Source: an uncultured Alphaproteobacteria bacterium
GTDB lineage: Bacteria > Pseudomonadota > Alphaproteobacteria > Rhizobiales > Amorphaceae
Length of the DNA stretch: 64,000 nucleotides
Assembly (NCBI GenBank): GCA_963704595.1
Contig: OY969922.1
Location: forward strand, 3,754,660-3,818,659
Direction of reading: 5' to 3'
This document shows, in pieces, positions 10,219 through 22,212 of the stretch; position 1 is the stretch's first letter; each line of letters begins with the position of its first letter. The position numbers and the translations under genes were made by a program. The notes under the pieces were generated by a model that searched no databases, was not told where the DNA came from, and saw nothing but the letters and a program-made list of their open reading frames with translations.

Positions 10219-10992
10219 CAGCCGCGCCCCCCGAAATCGGGCTGGCCCAGCGGGAAGATCGGCCCCTCGCAGACGAGGAGCTGCGGTCCCGCGCGGGTGT
10301 CGTGGATGCACACCTTGCAGACGCCGAGGCCGCACGCCATCGCCGCCTGCAGCGACGCCTCGCCTGGAATGCCGGCGCGCGCGGCGTAGGCCTGCGCGAT
10401 TCCCATCGCCGCGTTGCCCGCCCCGGCGGCGACGAAGCCCGGCTTCTGCGCAGAGAGCGCGGCGTCGAGACCGCCGAGCGGCACGTAATCGACGGCGGCT
10501 CCGGTTGCCTTGAAGGCAGCGAGCAGCGGGCCGTCGGACGGGTTTTTCCCGTCCTCGACCATCAGGACGCGGTCATCGTGACCCGCGGCGCGGCGCTCGT
10601 GGCAAAGTGCCAGCATCGTTCCGGCGTGGAAGGCGTCGGCGACGATGGCGATCGGCGCGTCAGGCGCAGAAAAGGTGTTGCCGAGGGGGCCGATGAGCGC
10701 GACGCGGTCGCCGGGCCGGGCAGCCGCCAGCATCTGCGTCCCGGCGCGCTTGATGTTGAAGGCGATGGCGAGTTGCTCCGTCCATCCGCGGCACGAGGCT
10801 GAGCGGCCGGGGCAGGATCGGCGCGCCCGGCGCAAGGCTCGCCAGCATCGCGAACTGCCCTGCGCGCGCACCGCGGAACGCGTCCGGCCAGTCGAGCCTC
10901 AGCTCGCAGACCGTGCCGTCGACGGTGATGGAAGTGACGGTGCAGTCGACGTCGACGACATCGCGCACGGTGGGGGCGGCGGCTTCGCTCAT
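10218..10992 (-). CDS. pyrK: Dihydroorotate dehydrogenase electron-transfer subunit (FAD/2Fe-2S), interrupted by a 1-nt frame shift near 10778
   Basis: N-terminal half is ORF 10660..10992 (FAD-binding region, RPLSLVPRMDG); C-terminal half is ORF 10218..10871 (TEQLAIAFNIKRAG ... CGLGVCKVC, the 2Fe-2S cysteines); the two are in different frames. Confidence 0.8.
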
Positions 10993-12015
10993 CGGGCGTC
11001 CATGAAGGCGGAGAGGAAGGCTGCGGCGTTGTCGGTGAGTGCTGGCGCGAGGTAGCCGCCCTCCTGCACGAGCGCGACCGGCAGCCCCGACGCACCGATC
11101 AACGCCCCTGCCCTGCGCATTCCTTCAGTGGTGACCGCCATGCCGCCGAGCGGGTCGCTTTCGTGCGCGTCGAACCCGAGGGCGAGGACGATGCGTATCC
11201 GCGCCGAAGCGGGCGATGTCGCCGAGCCCCGCCTCGAGGGCTGCGAGCCAGGCGTCGTCGCGGCTTCTCATCGGGAGCGGCCGGTTGACGTTGTAGCCCT
11301 CGCCGGGGCCGGCGCCGGTCTCCGCCGCATGACCGACGAACCAGGGATAGAAGTTGTGCGGGTCGGCGTGGATCGACACCGTCAACACGTCCCGCCGCTC
11401 GTAGAAGATCGCCTGCGTGCCGTTGCCGTGGTGGACGTCGATGTCGAGGATCGCGGGGCGCGCGCCTTTTGCCGCGAGGTGCGCGGCGCAGATGGCGGCA
11501 TTGTTGAGGAAGCAGTGGCCGCCGGCGACTTCGGCGCTCGCGTGGTGGCCGGGCGGGCGCGTCAGCGCGTAGGCCTCGCGCGCGCCGTCCGCCAGAGCGT
11601 TCGCGGCGGCGACGGCGCACTCCGCGGCACGGCGCGCGGCATGGCCGGTGTGCGGGCCGACCGGGCAGGCAAGGTCGCTCATGTGCCACCCGGCGCGGCC
11701 GACGAGCCCGTCCGGATAGGTCGCCTCGGCGCGGCGCGGCTGGGCGTTGCCCACCACCTCCGCCCCGGCGCCGGTGATCGCCTGCCAACCTTCGAAGGCG
11801 TGCTCCAGGAATGCCAGGTAGCGGGGGGTGTGCACCGCGGCGAGCGGCGCGATGCCGGCGTCCGGCGGGGACTCGTGGGTGAGGCCGACTTCGCCGAGCG
11901 CCGCGAGGAGGCGCTTTGCCCGTTCGGCGCGCTCCTCGTTGGCGGCGACCCGGCCGCGCAGAAGGAAGAACTCCGGCGCGTGCGCCTCTGTCTCCGGGGC
12001 ATAGAATACGCGCAT
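10989..12015 (-). CDS. Histone-deacetylase-family protein (acetoin utilisation AcuC / acetylpolyamine amidohydrolase-like), 1-nt frame shift near 11215
   Basis: Start at MRVFYAPETEAH; motifs PPGHHA, DIDVHHGNGTQ. After FGADT the annotated frame degenerates, while the +1 frame gives the canonical IVLALGFDAHESDPLGGM ... EGGY and ends at ~10989. Confidence 0.8.
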
Positions 12016-12151
12016 GGGGCCTCCACGGTCGCGGGCGGCGGGGATGATCGCCGGCACCGCGGCAACGCCGGAGGCAGGCAATAGCGCGCGCATTCGGCGC
12101 GGCGCAAGCGCCGGCGGGGGATCGGGCCAGCCATTGGAAGACGAAGGGGGA

Positions 12152-12226
12152 TGGAGCGGGCGATGGGGATCGAACCCACGACATCAAGCTTGGGAAGCTT
12201 GCGTTCTACCGCTGAACTACACCCGC
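12152..12226 (-). tRNA. tRNA-Gly (anticodon CCC), CCA encoded
   Basis: Reverse complement GCGGGTGTAGTTCAGCGGTAGAACG...CUUCCCAAG...GGTTCGATCCCCATCGCCCGCTCCA folds as a cloverleaf: 7-bp acceptor stem with one G-U pair, anticodon loop UUCCCAA, T-loop GGTTCGATCC. Confidence 0.9.
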
Positions 12227-12373
12227 ATGACGCGCACATCAGTCCGAACGGTGGGCGATGTCAAGCCGGGTTCAGGCGGTTCCGGCTAACCGTCGGAGCG
12301 CTTGACCGTCATGCCGCGCCGCAGCATGAGGAGCCGGCCCTATCACCCCCATGCCAACCGGAGTTGCCCCGTG

Positions 12374-13189
12374 CTCGAGCGTATCCGCAAACTGGTGACG
12401 TCCCGCGCCTGGGAAGGGATGATCATCACCATCATCCTCATCAACGCCGCGATCCTCGGGCTGATGACCTCGGACAGTGCGATGGCCGCCGCGGGGCCGG
12501 TTCTGGTCGCGCTCGACCAGATCATCATTGCCATCTTCATCATCGAGATCGTCCTGCGGATCGCGGTGTTTCGCGTCCGCTTCTTCACCGACCCATGGAG
12601 CTTGTTCGACCTCCTGGTCGTGCTGATCGCGGTCGCGCCGGCGACGCGCGAGTTCTCCGTGCTGCGCTCGCTGCGGATCCTTCGGGTGCTGCGGCTGATC
12701 TCGGTCGTTCCGTCGCTCAAGCGGGTGGTCGGCGGGCTGATCGCGGCGCTCCCCGGCATGGCCTCGATCATGTTCCTGATGGCCCTGATCTTCTACGTCT
12801 TTGCAGTGATGGCGACGTCGCTCTACGGCGACAGCTTCCCGGACTGGTTCGGCACGGTGGGCGAGTCCTTCTATTCGCTGTTCCAGATCATGACGCTGGA
12901 ATCGTGGTCGATGGGGATCGTGCGCCCGGTGATGGAGGCGCACCCCTATGCGTGGGTCTTCTTCGTTCCGTTCATCATGGTGACCTCGTTCGCTGTCCTG
13001 AACCTTTTCATCGGTATCATCGTCTCCGGGATGCAGCAGGACGTGGAGGCGGAGGCTGCCGCCAGCCGCGACGCGATGATGGAGGAGCAGTCCTCCATGC
13101 ACGACGACATCAAGGCCCTGCGACGCGACGTCGGGGCCTTGCGCGAGGCTCTCGCGCGGCAGGGAACGACCGGCCCCGGCGCGGGCTGA
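12374..13189 (+). CDS. Voltage-gated sodium channel, single-domain bacterial type (BacNav / NaChBac / NavAb family)
   Basis: GTG start 7 nt after GGAG. S4 reads LRSLRILRVLRLISVVPSLKRV (Arg every third residue). Selectivity filter FQIMTLESWSMGIVRPV and S6 are near-identical to NavAb. C-terminal coiled coil DDIKALRRDVGALREALARQG. Confidence 0.9.
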   Translation, partial: LERIRKLVTSRAWEGMIITIILINAAILGLMTSDSAMAAAGPVLVALDQIIIAIFIIEIVLRIAVFRVRFFTDPWSLFDLLVVLIAVAPATREFSVLRSLRILRVLRLISVVPSLKRVVGGLIAALPGMASIMFLMALIFYVFAVMATSLYGDSFPDWFGTVGESFYSLFQIMTLESWSMGIVRPVMEAHPYAWVFFVPFIMVTSFAVLNLFIGIIVSGMQQDVEAEAAASRDAMMEEQSSMHDDIKALRRDVGALREALARQGTTGPGAG

Positions 13190-13324
13190 GGGGCGCGGCG
13201 CCGGCACCGGCACCCTGTCGGCGAAAGCCCCAGGCGACCATCGCATGAGATGAAGCGGACTGCCTCGGCGCGCGGAAAGCCCTTCGCGCGCCACGAGGTC
13301 CAATTCGTAGATGGAGGTTCGCCA

Positions 13325-13930
13325 ATGCGTGCCCGTGCATTCGCTGCAGCGCTCTGCGGTGCGGCAATCGCCCTCCAGGCGCAAGCGTCTGAGGTTCCGC
13401 CCAACCCGAAGCAGCTGATCAACGCGGAGGTCATTGCCGAGGTTCAGGAGATGCTTGCGCGCGAGGTGGTCTCCTATGCACTCAGGAACTACAACCGCTC
13501 GCGCGCCGGGCTGACGCAGGACGACATCCTCGCGCTCGACGCCAGGTGGAAGGACGAGCGCGAACGCGAACGCAAGCCGCTCATCGTGGGGACGCTGTCC
13601 AACCCCCTCTCCTCCTACCTGACGCGGATACAGGCGCGTTCGGCCGGCCTCTACGCGGAGATCTTCGTGACCGACGAGAACGGCCTCAACGCCGGGCAGA
13701 GCAGCGTCACCAGCGACATGTGGCAGGGCGACGAGGCGAAGTTCCAGGAAACCTTCGACAAGGGCTCCGGCGCCGTCTTCATCGACGAGGCCGAGTGGAA
13801 CGACGAGAGCAAGACCTGGCGCGCCCAGCTCAACCTGACGATCGACGATCCGGCGAGCGGGGAACCGATCGGCGCTGCCACCTTCGAGATCAATCTGACC
13901 GAACTCCAGAGGCGGGCCGCCCAGTCATGA
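13325..13930 (+). CDS. Periplasmic single Cache/PDC-like domain protein (stand-alone, signal peptide)
   Basis: GGAGG ribosome-binding site; signal peptide MRARAFAAALCGAAIALQAQA; alpha/beta sensor-like domain; stop overlaps the chemoreceptor start (ATGA). Confidence 0.6.
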   Translation: MRARAFAAALCGAAIALQAQASEVPPNPKQLINAEVIAEVQEMLAREVVSYALRNYNRSRAGLTQDDILALDARWKDERERERKPLIVGTLSNPLSSYLTRIQARSAGLYAEIFVTDENGLNAGQSSVTSDMWQGDEAKFQETFDKGSGAVFIDEAEWNDESKTWRAQLNLTIDDPASGEPIGAATFEINLTELQRRAAQS

Positions 13931-15619
13931 AAAATCTCTCGATCGCCAACAAGGGCACGCTCGCCTGCGGCGCCATCGCGCTGATCTCGATCGCCGCATT
14001 CGGCATCGTGATCTGGTCGACGATGATGCAGTCGCGCACCACCGAGCAGGTGCTCCAGACCTACCGGCTCGCCGTTGCGACGGTGGAATATCGCGACGCC
14101 ATGGAGAAAGGGCACGCCTACCTCCTGCAGAAGCTCGTCCTCGGCGAAGATGTCGAGGAAGAGGAGGTGCGCGCGGCGTTCGACGATTCGCGCAGGCAGC
14201 TGGAATCCATCCGCGACTATGTGGACGGCCTCGATGGCGACGACGCGTTCATCGCCCGTCTCGACACGATCGCGGCCCTGCGGGATGAATGGTTCCGCGA
14301 CATCGCTCTCCTCCAGATCCGCGACATGGGCGACCCCTTCCGCGTCGATCTCGCCAGGCTTCGCGAGAACGACGTGCGTGGCCGCGAGATCTGGGTGATC
14401 CTCGACGAGGAGATGAAAGCGCTGATCGCCGAGTTGCGGAATTCTCCGGCAGGTGTATACGAAGCATCTCGAGCAGGAGCAGACCATACTCCTCACCAGC
14501 GGCATCGTGGGCGGCGTCATCGTCACCCTCCTGTCCATGTTCGTTACGATATTCGTGCGCCGCCAGATCGCAGCTCCGCTGCGCGATCACACCGGCGTCG
14601 CGCTGGCGCTGCGCTCCCACGACTGGTCGGTCGCGATCCCGCACCTCAAGCGGCAGGACGAGATCGGCGAACTCGGCCGCGCCCTCCAGACCCTGCGCGA
14701 CGAGGGCAAGATCGCGGAGGAAAACGACGCCAAGTACCGCGTCGAATTGGAGGCTCAGATCAAGCAGGCCGCCGCGATGAAGCGTGCCTCGGACGAGTTC
14801 AAGACGACGTCGGCCGCCGTGCTCGACGAACTGGAATCGGCCGGTCTCGCCCTTGCGGAGGCTGCGCACTCGCTCGGCCTGCGCGCCGGCGAGGGCCACG
14901 CGCTCACCAGCAGCGTCGCGGAGGCTGCATCGTCTTCCGGCTCCAACATGCAGAGCGTCGCCGCCGCGATCGAGGAGATGTCGATCTCGGTCGACGAGAT
15001 CAGCCGTCAGGTCCAGGCCGCGACGCAGCTGACGCAGCAGACCACGCAGGCCTCGCAGGCGGCGATCGAGCAGGTCTCGGGCCTGCTCGAAAAGTCCAAG
15101 AAGATCAACGATGTCATCCAGATCATCGACAACATCGCAGAGCAGATCAACCTTCTCGCCCTCAACGCGACCATCGAATCGGCGCGTGCCGGCGAGGCCG
15201 GCAAGGGATTTGCGGTGGTGGCCCAGCAGGTGAAGGAGCTCGCGGACCAGACCGGCAGCGCGACGGAGGAAATCTCCAAGGTCATCAACGACGTGCGCAA
15301 GGAGATCTCGGACGTTGTGCTCGCCATCGAGGGCATCGGCACCTCGATCAACGCGGTGAACGACAACTCGTCCACCGTCGCCGCTGCGGTCGAGCAGCAG
15401 AGCGCCGCGATCAACGAGATCTCTTCCAACGTCGGCGCGGTATCGACCCAGACCAACACGGTCGCCAGCAACGTCAAGGGCGTCGCCAAGCAGATCGGCG
15501 AGACGCACAGCCTCGCCGAGAACGTCCGCGGCCTCTCCTCCCGCGTGAAGGACAACGGCGCGAAGATGCAGAAGGAGATCGCGTCCTTCTTCGAAGCGAT
15601 CCGCAACCGCGCCGCCTGA
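13927..15619 (+). CDS. Methyl-accepting chemotaxis protein (4HB periplasmic domain, HAMP, MCP signalling domain), 1-nt frame shift near 14450
   Basis: N-terminal part (TM1 plus helical periplasmic domain) lies in the frame of ORF 13546..15687. TM2, HAMP and the signalling domain ([24 protein letters not shown]) lie in ORF 14453..15619. Confidence 0.85.
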
Positions 15620-15874
15620 CCCGGCCGCGGGCCTCCCCGGCCCGCGCGCCATCGCTCTCCGTGCCGCTGCATGACGTGAGAACCTAGCGCTAGCCGCCGG
15701 GCACGGTCCCGCTCACGGGCAGCCCGACGGCACGCCGGTCGGACGGCACCGGGGAACGGAGGCTCCGCCCGAGCCGGTGGCACCCCGGTGCTCGGGCCTG
15801 ACCAGCACTGAAGGCATAGGTGCGCCGCGCATAAACGCCTTCCTCAGAAAGTCCGAGCGGCCTAATGCGGTTCG

Positions 15875-16747
15875 ATGACAACTGTCACGATGCTCCACGC
15901 GGTCACCAGAGACCGGCATGATTTCGCGCCATTCGCCGCCCTCCTCGGCCGGCTGAACCCGCGCCCCATCGACCTCTTGGGCCACGGCGATGCGCCGCGG
16001 TCCGCAAGCTACCGCCTCAGAGACTTCGCCGCCGCCGTCCCCTGGCCCGGCCCTCCCGGCGCACCTTTCGCCAGCAGCGCCTCTCCCGCTCCATACGCAG
16101 CGGACCCCGCGACCAGCGGCATTTTGCAACCGAACGCCCCTCGTCGTCCCGAAGCGAACGCGGACGACGCACCCCTTTTCTACGGTCATTCCCTCGGAGG
16201 ACTGGTGGCGCTCGCGGTGGCGGCTGCCCACCCCGGCGGGTTGCGCGGTCTGGTGCTGGAAGATCCGCCGCTGTTCGAATTGCGCCAGCCGCGCCTCGAC
16301 ACGACGCCGTGGGCGAGCGGCTTTCGCGCCCTGAAGCGCATCATCACCGGCAAGGGCCGGGACTGGACGCTGGCCGAGTGGCAGGAGGCCGTCGCCGCGT
16401 GGCCCTCTGGGCACGGCGAGCAGACCATCCTCGAGTTCGGCGGCACCGAAGCCGTCGCCCGCCGCGCCCGCCAGATCGCGGCGCTCGACCCCGCCGTGCT
16501 CGACGCGATGGTCGCCCCCGACCTCCACGAGGACTTCGACCCGGTCGCGGCGATCCGGGCCGCACGCTGCCCCGTCACCATCCTCGTCGGCGCGCGCGAC
16601 GCCGGCAGCGCCCTCAGCGCGGACGACGTCGCGATTCTTGCCGCCGAACCCAGCGTGACCCTTGTGCGGATCCGGGCGGGAGGCCACTACCTCCACGAGG
16701 CAAGGCCAGACCTGTGCGTCAGCGCGCTGAAGGCCCTCGCCCCCTGA
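15875..16747 (+). CDS. Alpha/beta hydrolase fold protein
   Basis: GHSLGG nucleophile elbow; Pro/Ala-rich insertion before it. Confidence 0.7.
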   Translation: MTTVTMLHAVTRDRHDFAPFAALLGRLNPRPIDLLGHGDAPRSASYRLRDFAAAVPWPGPPGAPFASSASPAPYAADPATSGILQPNAPRRPEANADDAPLFYGHSLGGLVALAVAAAHPGGLRGLVLEDPPLFELRQPRLDTTPWASGFRALKRIITGKGRDWTLAEWQEAVAAWPSGHGEQTILEFGGTEAVARRARQIAALDPAVLDAMVAPDLHEDFDPVAAIRAARCPVTILVGARDAGSALSADDVAILAAEPSVTLVRIRAGGHYLHEARPDLCVSALKALAP

Positions 16748-16811
16748 AACAACCGCCACCGCGCCCGGCGAGCCGACCCACGCGATCGCGAGCCCGCCAC
16801 CTGGAGCCCCG

Positions 16812-17850
16812 ATGACAGACGAGCCCGCCACGGCCGCGCGGCAAGGAGCCCGCGGCCCAGCCGCGCCGGCCGGCGCGACCGGCGCCTCCGCAATGTCCGC
16901 GGCGCCCACCGTCCTCGCCACCGCCGCCGTCCCGAAATTCTCGGCGCGGATGGACGGGACGTCGTGGGCGATGCTGACGGCGCTTTCGGCGCTATGGGGC
17001 TGCTCGTTCGTCTTCGTCGAGGTCATCCTCACCGCGATCCCGGTGCTGACGCTGGTCGCGCTGCGCGTCCTCATCGCAGCGCTCACCCTGTGGATTGCCG
17101 TGGGACATCACGCGCACGCCGCTGCCCCGACCGCCGCGGATCTGGGGCGCGTTTCTCGTCCTCGGCGTCATCAACAACGCGATCCCGTTCTCGCTCATCG
17201 TCTACGGGCAGACCGAGATCACGGCCGGGCTCGCCGCGATCCTCAACGCAACCACCCCGCTCTTCACAGGCCTCATCGCCGGCATCGCCCTCACCGATGA
17301 GAAGCTGACGCCGGCCAAGCTCGGCGGCATGGCGCTCGGCTTCGTGGGCGTCGTGGTGATGATCGGCCCCGGCGCGATCCTGACCCTCGGCGGCGACATC
17401 CTCCCCGAGCTCGCGATTATCGGCGCCGCGCTCTCCTATGGCTTCGCCGCGGTGTACGGCCGCCGCTTTCGCCGGTTCGGGGTGCGGCCTGTCGTCATTG
17501 CCGCAGGACAGACGACGGCGTCCGCCTCGATCATGGTGCCGCTCGCGCTCCTTGTGGACGGGCCGGCGGTGTTCTCCGTCGACAGCCCGCTGATCTGGAC
17601 CGCGATGGTCGCCAACGCCTGCCTTTCCACTGCGTTGGCGTACATCCTTTATTTCAGCGTCCTTGCCCGTGCCGGGGCCACCAACGCCAGCCTCGTCACG
17701 GTGCTGGTGCCGGTGTTTGCCGTCATCATCGGCACGCTTCTCCTCGATGAATCGCTCGCAATCGAACAGATCTGCGGAATGGGCTTGATCTTCGCGGGAC
17801 TTGCCGTGATTGACGGAAGGCTGTTCAAGAGAACGGTCGAACGTCCATAA
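16812..17850 (+). CDS. DMT superfamily transporter (EamA), 1-nt frame shift near 17100-17150
   Basis: ORFs 16812..17300 and 17095..17850 each encode one half of a 10-TM EamA protein in different frames. The true start may be MSAAP (16893) or MDGTSW. Confidence 0.75.
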
Positions 17851-17946
17851 GCAGGCAGGCAGCGTTGCGCGCTCAAAAACGCTATGCTATCGCCCGCCCG
17901 AAACGTGAGGCCGCCGCGCCGCCCTTTCAGAAAGAGACGACACGCT

Positions 17947-18501
17947 TTGGCCAGACCGACAACATCCGGCGTTGAATTGCGCTACGGCTCCGCCCTCTTC
18001 GAACTCGCCCGCGATGCCAATTCGCTGGAGAGCGTGGAGAAGGACGTCAATTCCCTGCGCACCATGCTCGGCGAGAGCGCCGACCTGAAGCGCCTCATCA
18101 AGAGCCCGCTGTTCTCGGCGGAGGTTCAGGGCAAGGCCCTGTCCGCCATCATGGACAAGGCCGAGATCACCGGGCTGACCGCCAATTTCGTCAAGCTGGT
18201 CGCCAAGAACCGCCGCATCTTCGCCCTGCCGGGGATGCTGAAGGCGTTCGGTGAGCTCCTGGCCGACCACCGCGGCGAGACCATCGCCGTCATCACATCC
18301 GCGGAGCCGCTCAGCGAGAGCCAGGTGGCCGCACTCAAGGAAGCGCTGGCCGAGAAGGCCGGCGGAACAATCAAGCTCGAGACCCACGTGGACCCGACCC
18401 TCATCGGCGGTCTGATCGTGCGTCTGGGCAGCCAGATGATCGACACCAGCGTTCGGACCCGCCTCCAGGGTCTGCGCGCCGCCATGAAGGAAGCCGCATA
18501 A
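17947..18501 (+). CDS. atpH: F0F1 ATP synthase subunit delta
   Basis: OSCP/delta family (GRYASALFELA-type N-terminus). Likely TTG start at 17947; the ORF track extends to 17884. Confidence 0.88.
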   Translation: MARPTTSGVELRYGSALFELARDANSLESVEKDVNSLRTMLGESADLKRLIKSPLFSAEVQGKALSAIMDKAEITGLTANFVKLVAKNRRIFALPGMLKAFGELLADHRGETIAVITSAEPLSESQVAALKEALAEKAGGTIKLETHVDPTLIGGLIVRLGSQMIDTSVRTRLQGLRAAMKEAA

Positions 18502-20055
<1,554 letters not shown>

Positions 20056-20076
20056 GCGCGCTTTCTGGCAAATCAC

Positions 20077-20985
20077 ATGGCATCACTGAAGGATCTCAAG
20101 AATCGCATCGCCTCCGTGAAGGCGACGCAGAAGATCACCAAGGCGATGCAGCTCGTCGCTGCGGCGAAGCTGCGCCGGGCGCAGGAGGCCGCCGAGGCCT
20201 CCCGCCCCTACGCGGAGCGGATGGCCCACGTCCTGGCCAACCTCGCCGCCTCCACGGTGAACGACCCCGACGCGCCCCTCCTCCTGACCGGGCGCGGCGA
20301 TGACAAGGTGCACCTCCTCGTGGTGTGCACCGCCGACCGCGGCCTCTGCGGCGGCTTCAACACCTCCATCGTCCGCAAGGCGGTGCAGGATGCGCTGAAG
20401 CTGCAGGCGGCGGGCAAGACGGTCCGCTTCCTGTGCGTCGGCCGCAAGGGCTACGACGTTCTGCGCCGTGCGTTCCGCGAGCAGATCATCGGCCTCATCG
20501 AGTTCCGCAACGTGCGCCGCATCGGCTATGCGCAGGCGCAGGAAGTGGGCGAGAAGATCGTCGGCCTGTTCGAGACCGCCGACTTCGACGTCGCGACCCT
20601 CTACTACGCCGAGTTCAAGTCGGTCATCAGCCAGAAGCCGTCCGCGCTTCAGCTGATCCCGGCGGCCCCCGCTGCCGTCACCGGCACCGAGGAAGACGAC
20701 AAGGCGCCGGACGACGCAGCGACCGGCCCCGCGGTCTACGAATACGAGCCGGAGCCCGCGGAAATCCTCGACGTTCTGGTGCCGAAGAACATCACGGTGC
20801 AGATCTTCCGGGCGCTGCTCGAGAACGCCGCCTCCGAGCAGGGCGCGCGGATGACCGCGATGGACAACGCCACCCGCAACGCCGGCGAAATGATCGACAA
20901 GCTGTCGATGCAGTACAACCGGACCCGCCAGGCGCAGATCACCAAGGAGCTGATCGAGATCATCTCCGGTGCCGAAGCGCTCTAG
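20077..20985 (+). CDS. atpG: F0F1 ATP synthase subunit gamma
   Basis: 302 aa; canonical gamma N- and C-terminal helices. Confidence 0.95.
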   Translation: MASLKDLKNRIASVKATQKITKAMQLVAAAKLRRAQEAAEASRPYAERMAHVLANLAASTVNDPDAPLLLTGRGDDKVHLLVVCTADRGLCGGFNTSIVRKAVQDALKLQAAGKTVRFLCVGRKGYDVLRRAFREQIIGLIEFRNVRRIGYAQAQEVGEKIVGLFETADFDVATLYYAEFKSVISQKPSALQLIPAAPAAVTGTEEDDKAPDDAATGPAVYEYEPEPAEILDVLVPKNITVQIFRALLENAASEQGARMTAMDNATRNAGEMIDKLSMQYNRTRQAQITKELIEIISGAEAL

Positions 20986-21016
20986 CGTCCCGGCAACACG
21001 CCACGGCAAAGTTTTA

Positions 21017-21049
21017 CGCGCGGCCCCTCGGGCCGCGCGTTTTCGTTTG
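21017..21049 (+). terminator. Rho-independent terminator after atpG
   Basis: cgcgcggccc-ctc-gggccgcgcg hairpin followed by ttttcgtttg. Confidence 0.7.
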
Positions 21050-21201
21050 TGCAGGCGCCGCGGGGTCATTCAATAGGGCGTTGATTGCGCCGCTCTTTGC
21101 GCGCAGAACAGCGTGGATTGCGTCGAACCGCTCGCCCGATTGCCCGTCCCGGCCCAGCGGCACAGGTTCACGCACCCGCGTATGCGTTGGAGATCGACCA
21201 C

Positions 21202-22209
21202 ATGAAGACGACGGAGCTGGTGCGGCCGAACCTCACCACCCTGCTCGACGAAACCGCCGCGACGCAGGAACAGGCCATCGGCGCCATCCGCCAGGCCCTC
21301 GCCGGCCCCCTCGGCAAGCGGTTCGACGATGCCATCGCCCTCATCACCGATGCGGACGCGGACGGTCCCCGCCCCTCGCGCCGCCGCGTCGTCGTCAGCG
21401 GCCTCGGCAAGTCCGGCCACATCGGCCGCAAGATCGCAGCGACGCTCGCCTCCACCGGCACCCCCGCGCACTTCGTCCACGCGGCCGAAGCCAGCCACGG
21501 CGACCTCGGCATGGTGACGCCGCAGGACGTGATCCTGCTCCTGTCCAACTCCGGCGAGACCGCCGAGCTGCGCGACATCCTCACCTACGCCAAGCGCTTC
21601 TCGATCCCGCTGATCGCGATCACCGGCAACGCCAAGTCCACGCTCGCGCGGGTCGCGACCGTCGCGCTCGTCTACCCCAAGGTGCGCGAGGCGTGCCCGC
21701 TGCGGCTGGCGCCGACCACCTCCACGCTCCAGCAGCTCGTGCTCGGCGACATGCTCGCCATCGGCCTGATGAGCGACGCGGAATTCTCCGCGACCGACTT
21801 CGGCCTCTACCACCCCGGCGGCAAGCTCGGCGCGCAGCTCGCCCGCGTCGATTCCATCATGCACAAGGGCACTGCCCTGCCGCTGGTGGAGCATGACGCG
21901 CCGATGGGCGAGGCGCTGATCGAGATGAGTTCGAAGGCGTTCGGCTGCGTCGGCGTCACGAAGAACGGCGCGCTGATCGGCATCGTCACCGACGGCGACC
22001 TCCGCCGCCACATGTCCGCCGGCCTCATCACCGAGAACGCGGCCGGCGTGATGACGCCCAACCCCGCCACCATCGAGGGCGGGATGCTCGCCGTCGAGGC
22101 GCTGGCGGAGATGAACGCCAAGGCGATCACCAGCCTCTTCGTCACCCGCGACCAGAAGCCCGTCGGCATCGTCCACGTCCACGATCTCCTGCGCTACGGC
22201 GTGCGCTGA
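21202..22209 (+). CDS. kdsD: Arabinose-5-phosphate isomerase (KpsF/GutQ family; SIS + 2 CBS)
   Basis: Start at MKTTELVRPN; SIS motif VVVSGLGKSGHIG; tandem CBS domains. Confidence 0.9.
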   Translation: MKTTELVRPNLTTLLDETAATQEQAIGAIRQALAGPLGKRFDDAIALITDADADGPRPSRRRVVVSGLGKSGHIGRKIAATLASTGTPAHFVHAAEASHGDLGMVTPQDVILLLSNSGETAELRDILTYAKRFSIPLIAITGNAKSTLARVATVALVYPKVREACPLRLAPTTSTLQQLVLGDMLAIGLMSDAEFSATDFGLYHPGGKLGAQLARVDSIMHKGTALPLVEHDAPMGEALIEMSSKAFGCVGVTKNGALIGIVTDGDLRRHMSAGLITENAAGVMTPNPATIEGGMLAVEALAEMNAKAITSLFVTRDQKPVGIVHVHDLLRYGVR

Positions 22210-22212
22210 TCC

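Noticed and set aside
10981-10995. Apparent 1-nt discrepancies between my manual base counting and the ORF-track coordinates (e.g. pyrK start, atpA start, sco stop)
   Set aside because: Probably my counting error. The ORF track is treated as authoritative, so hand-derived coordinates should be read as +/-1-2 nt.
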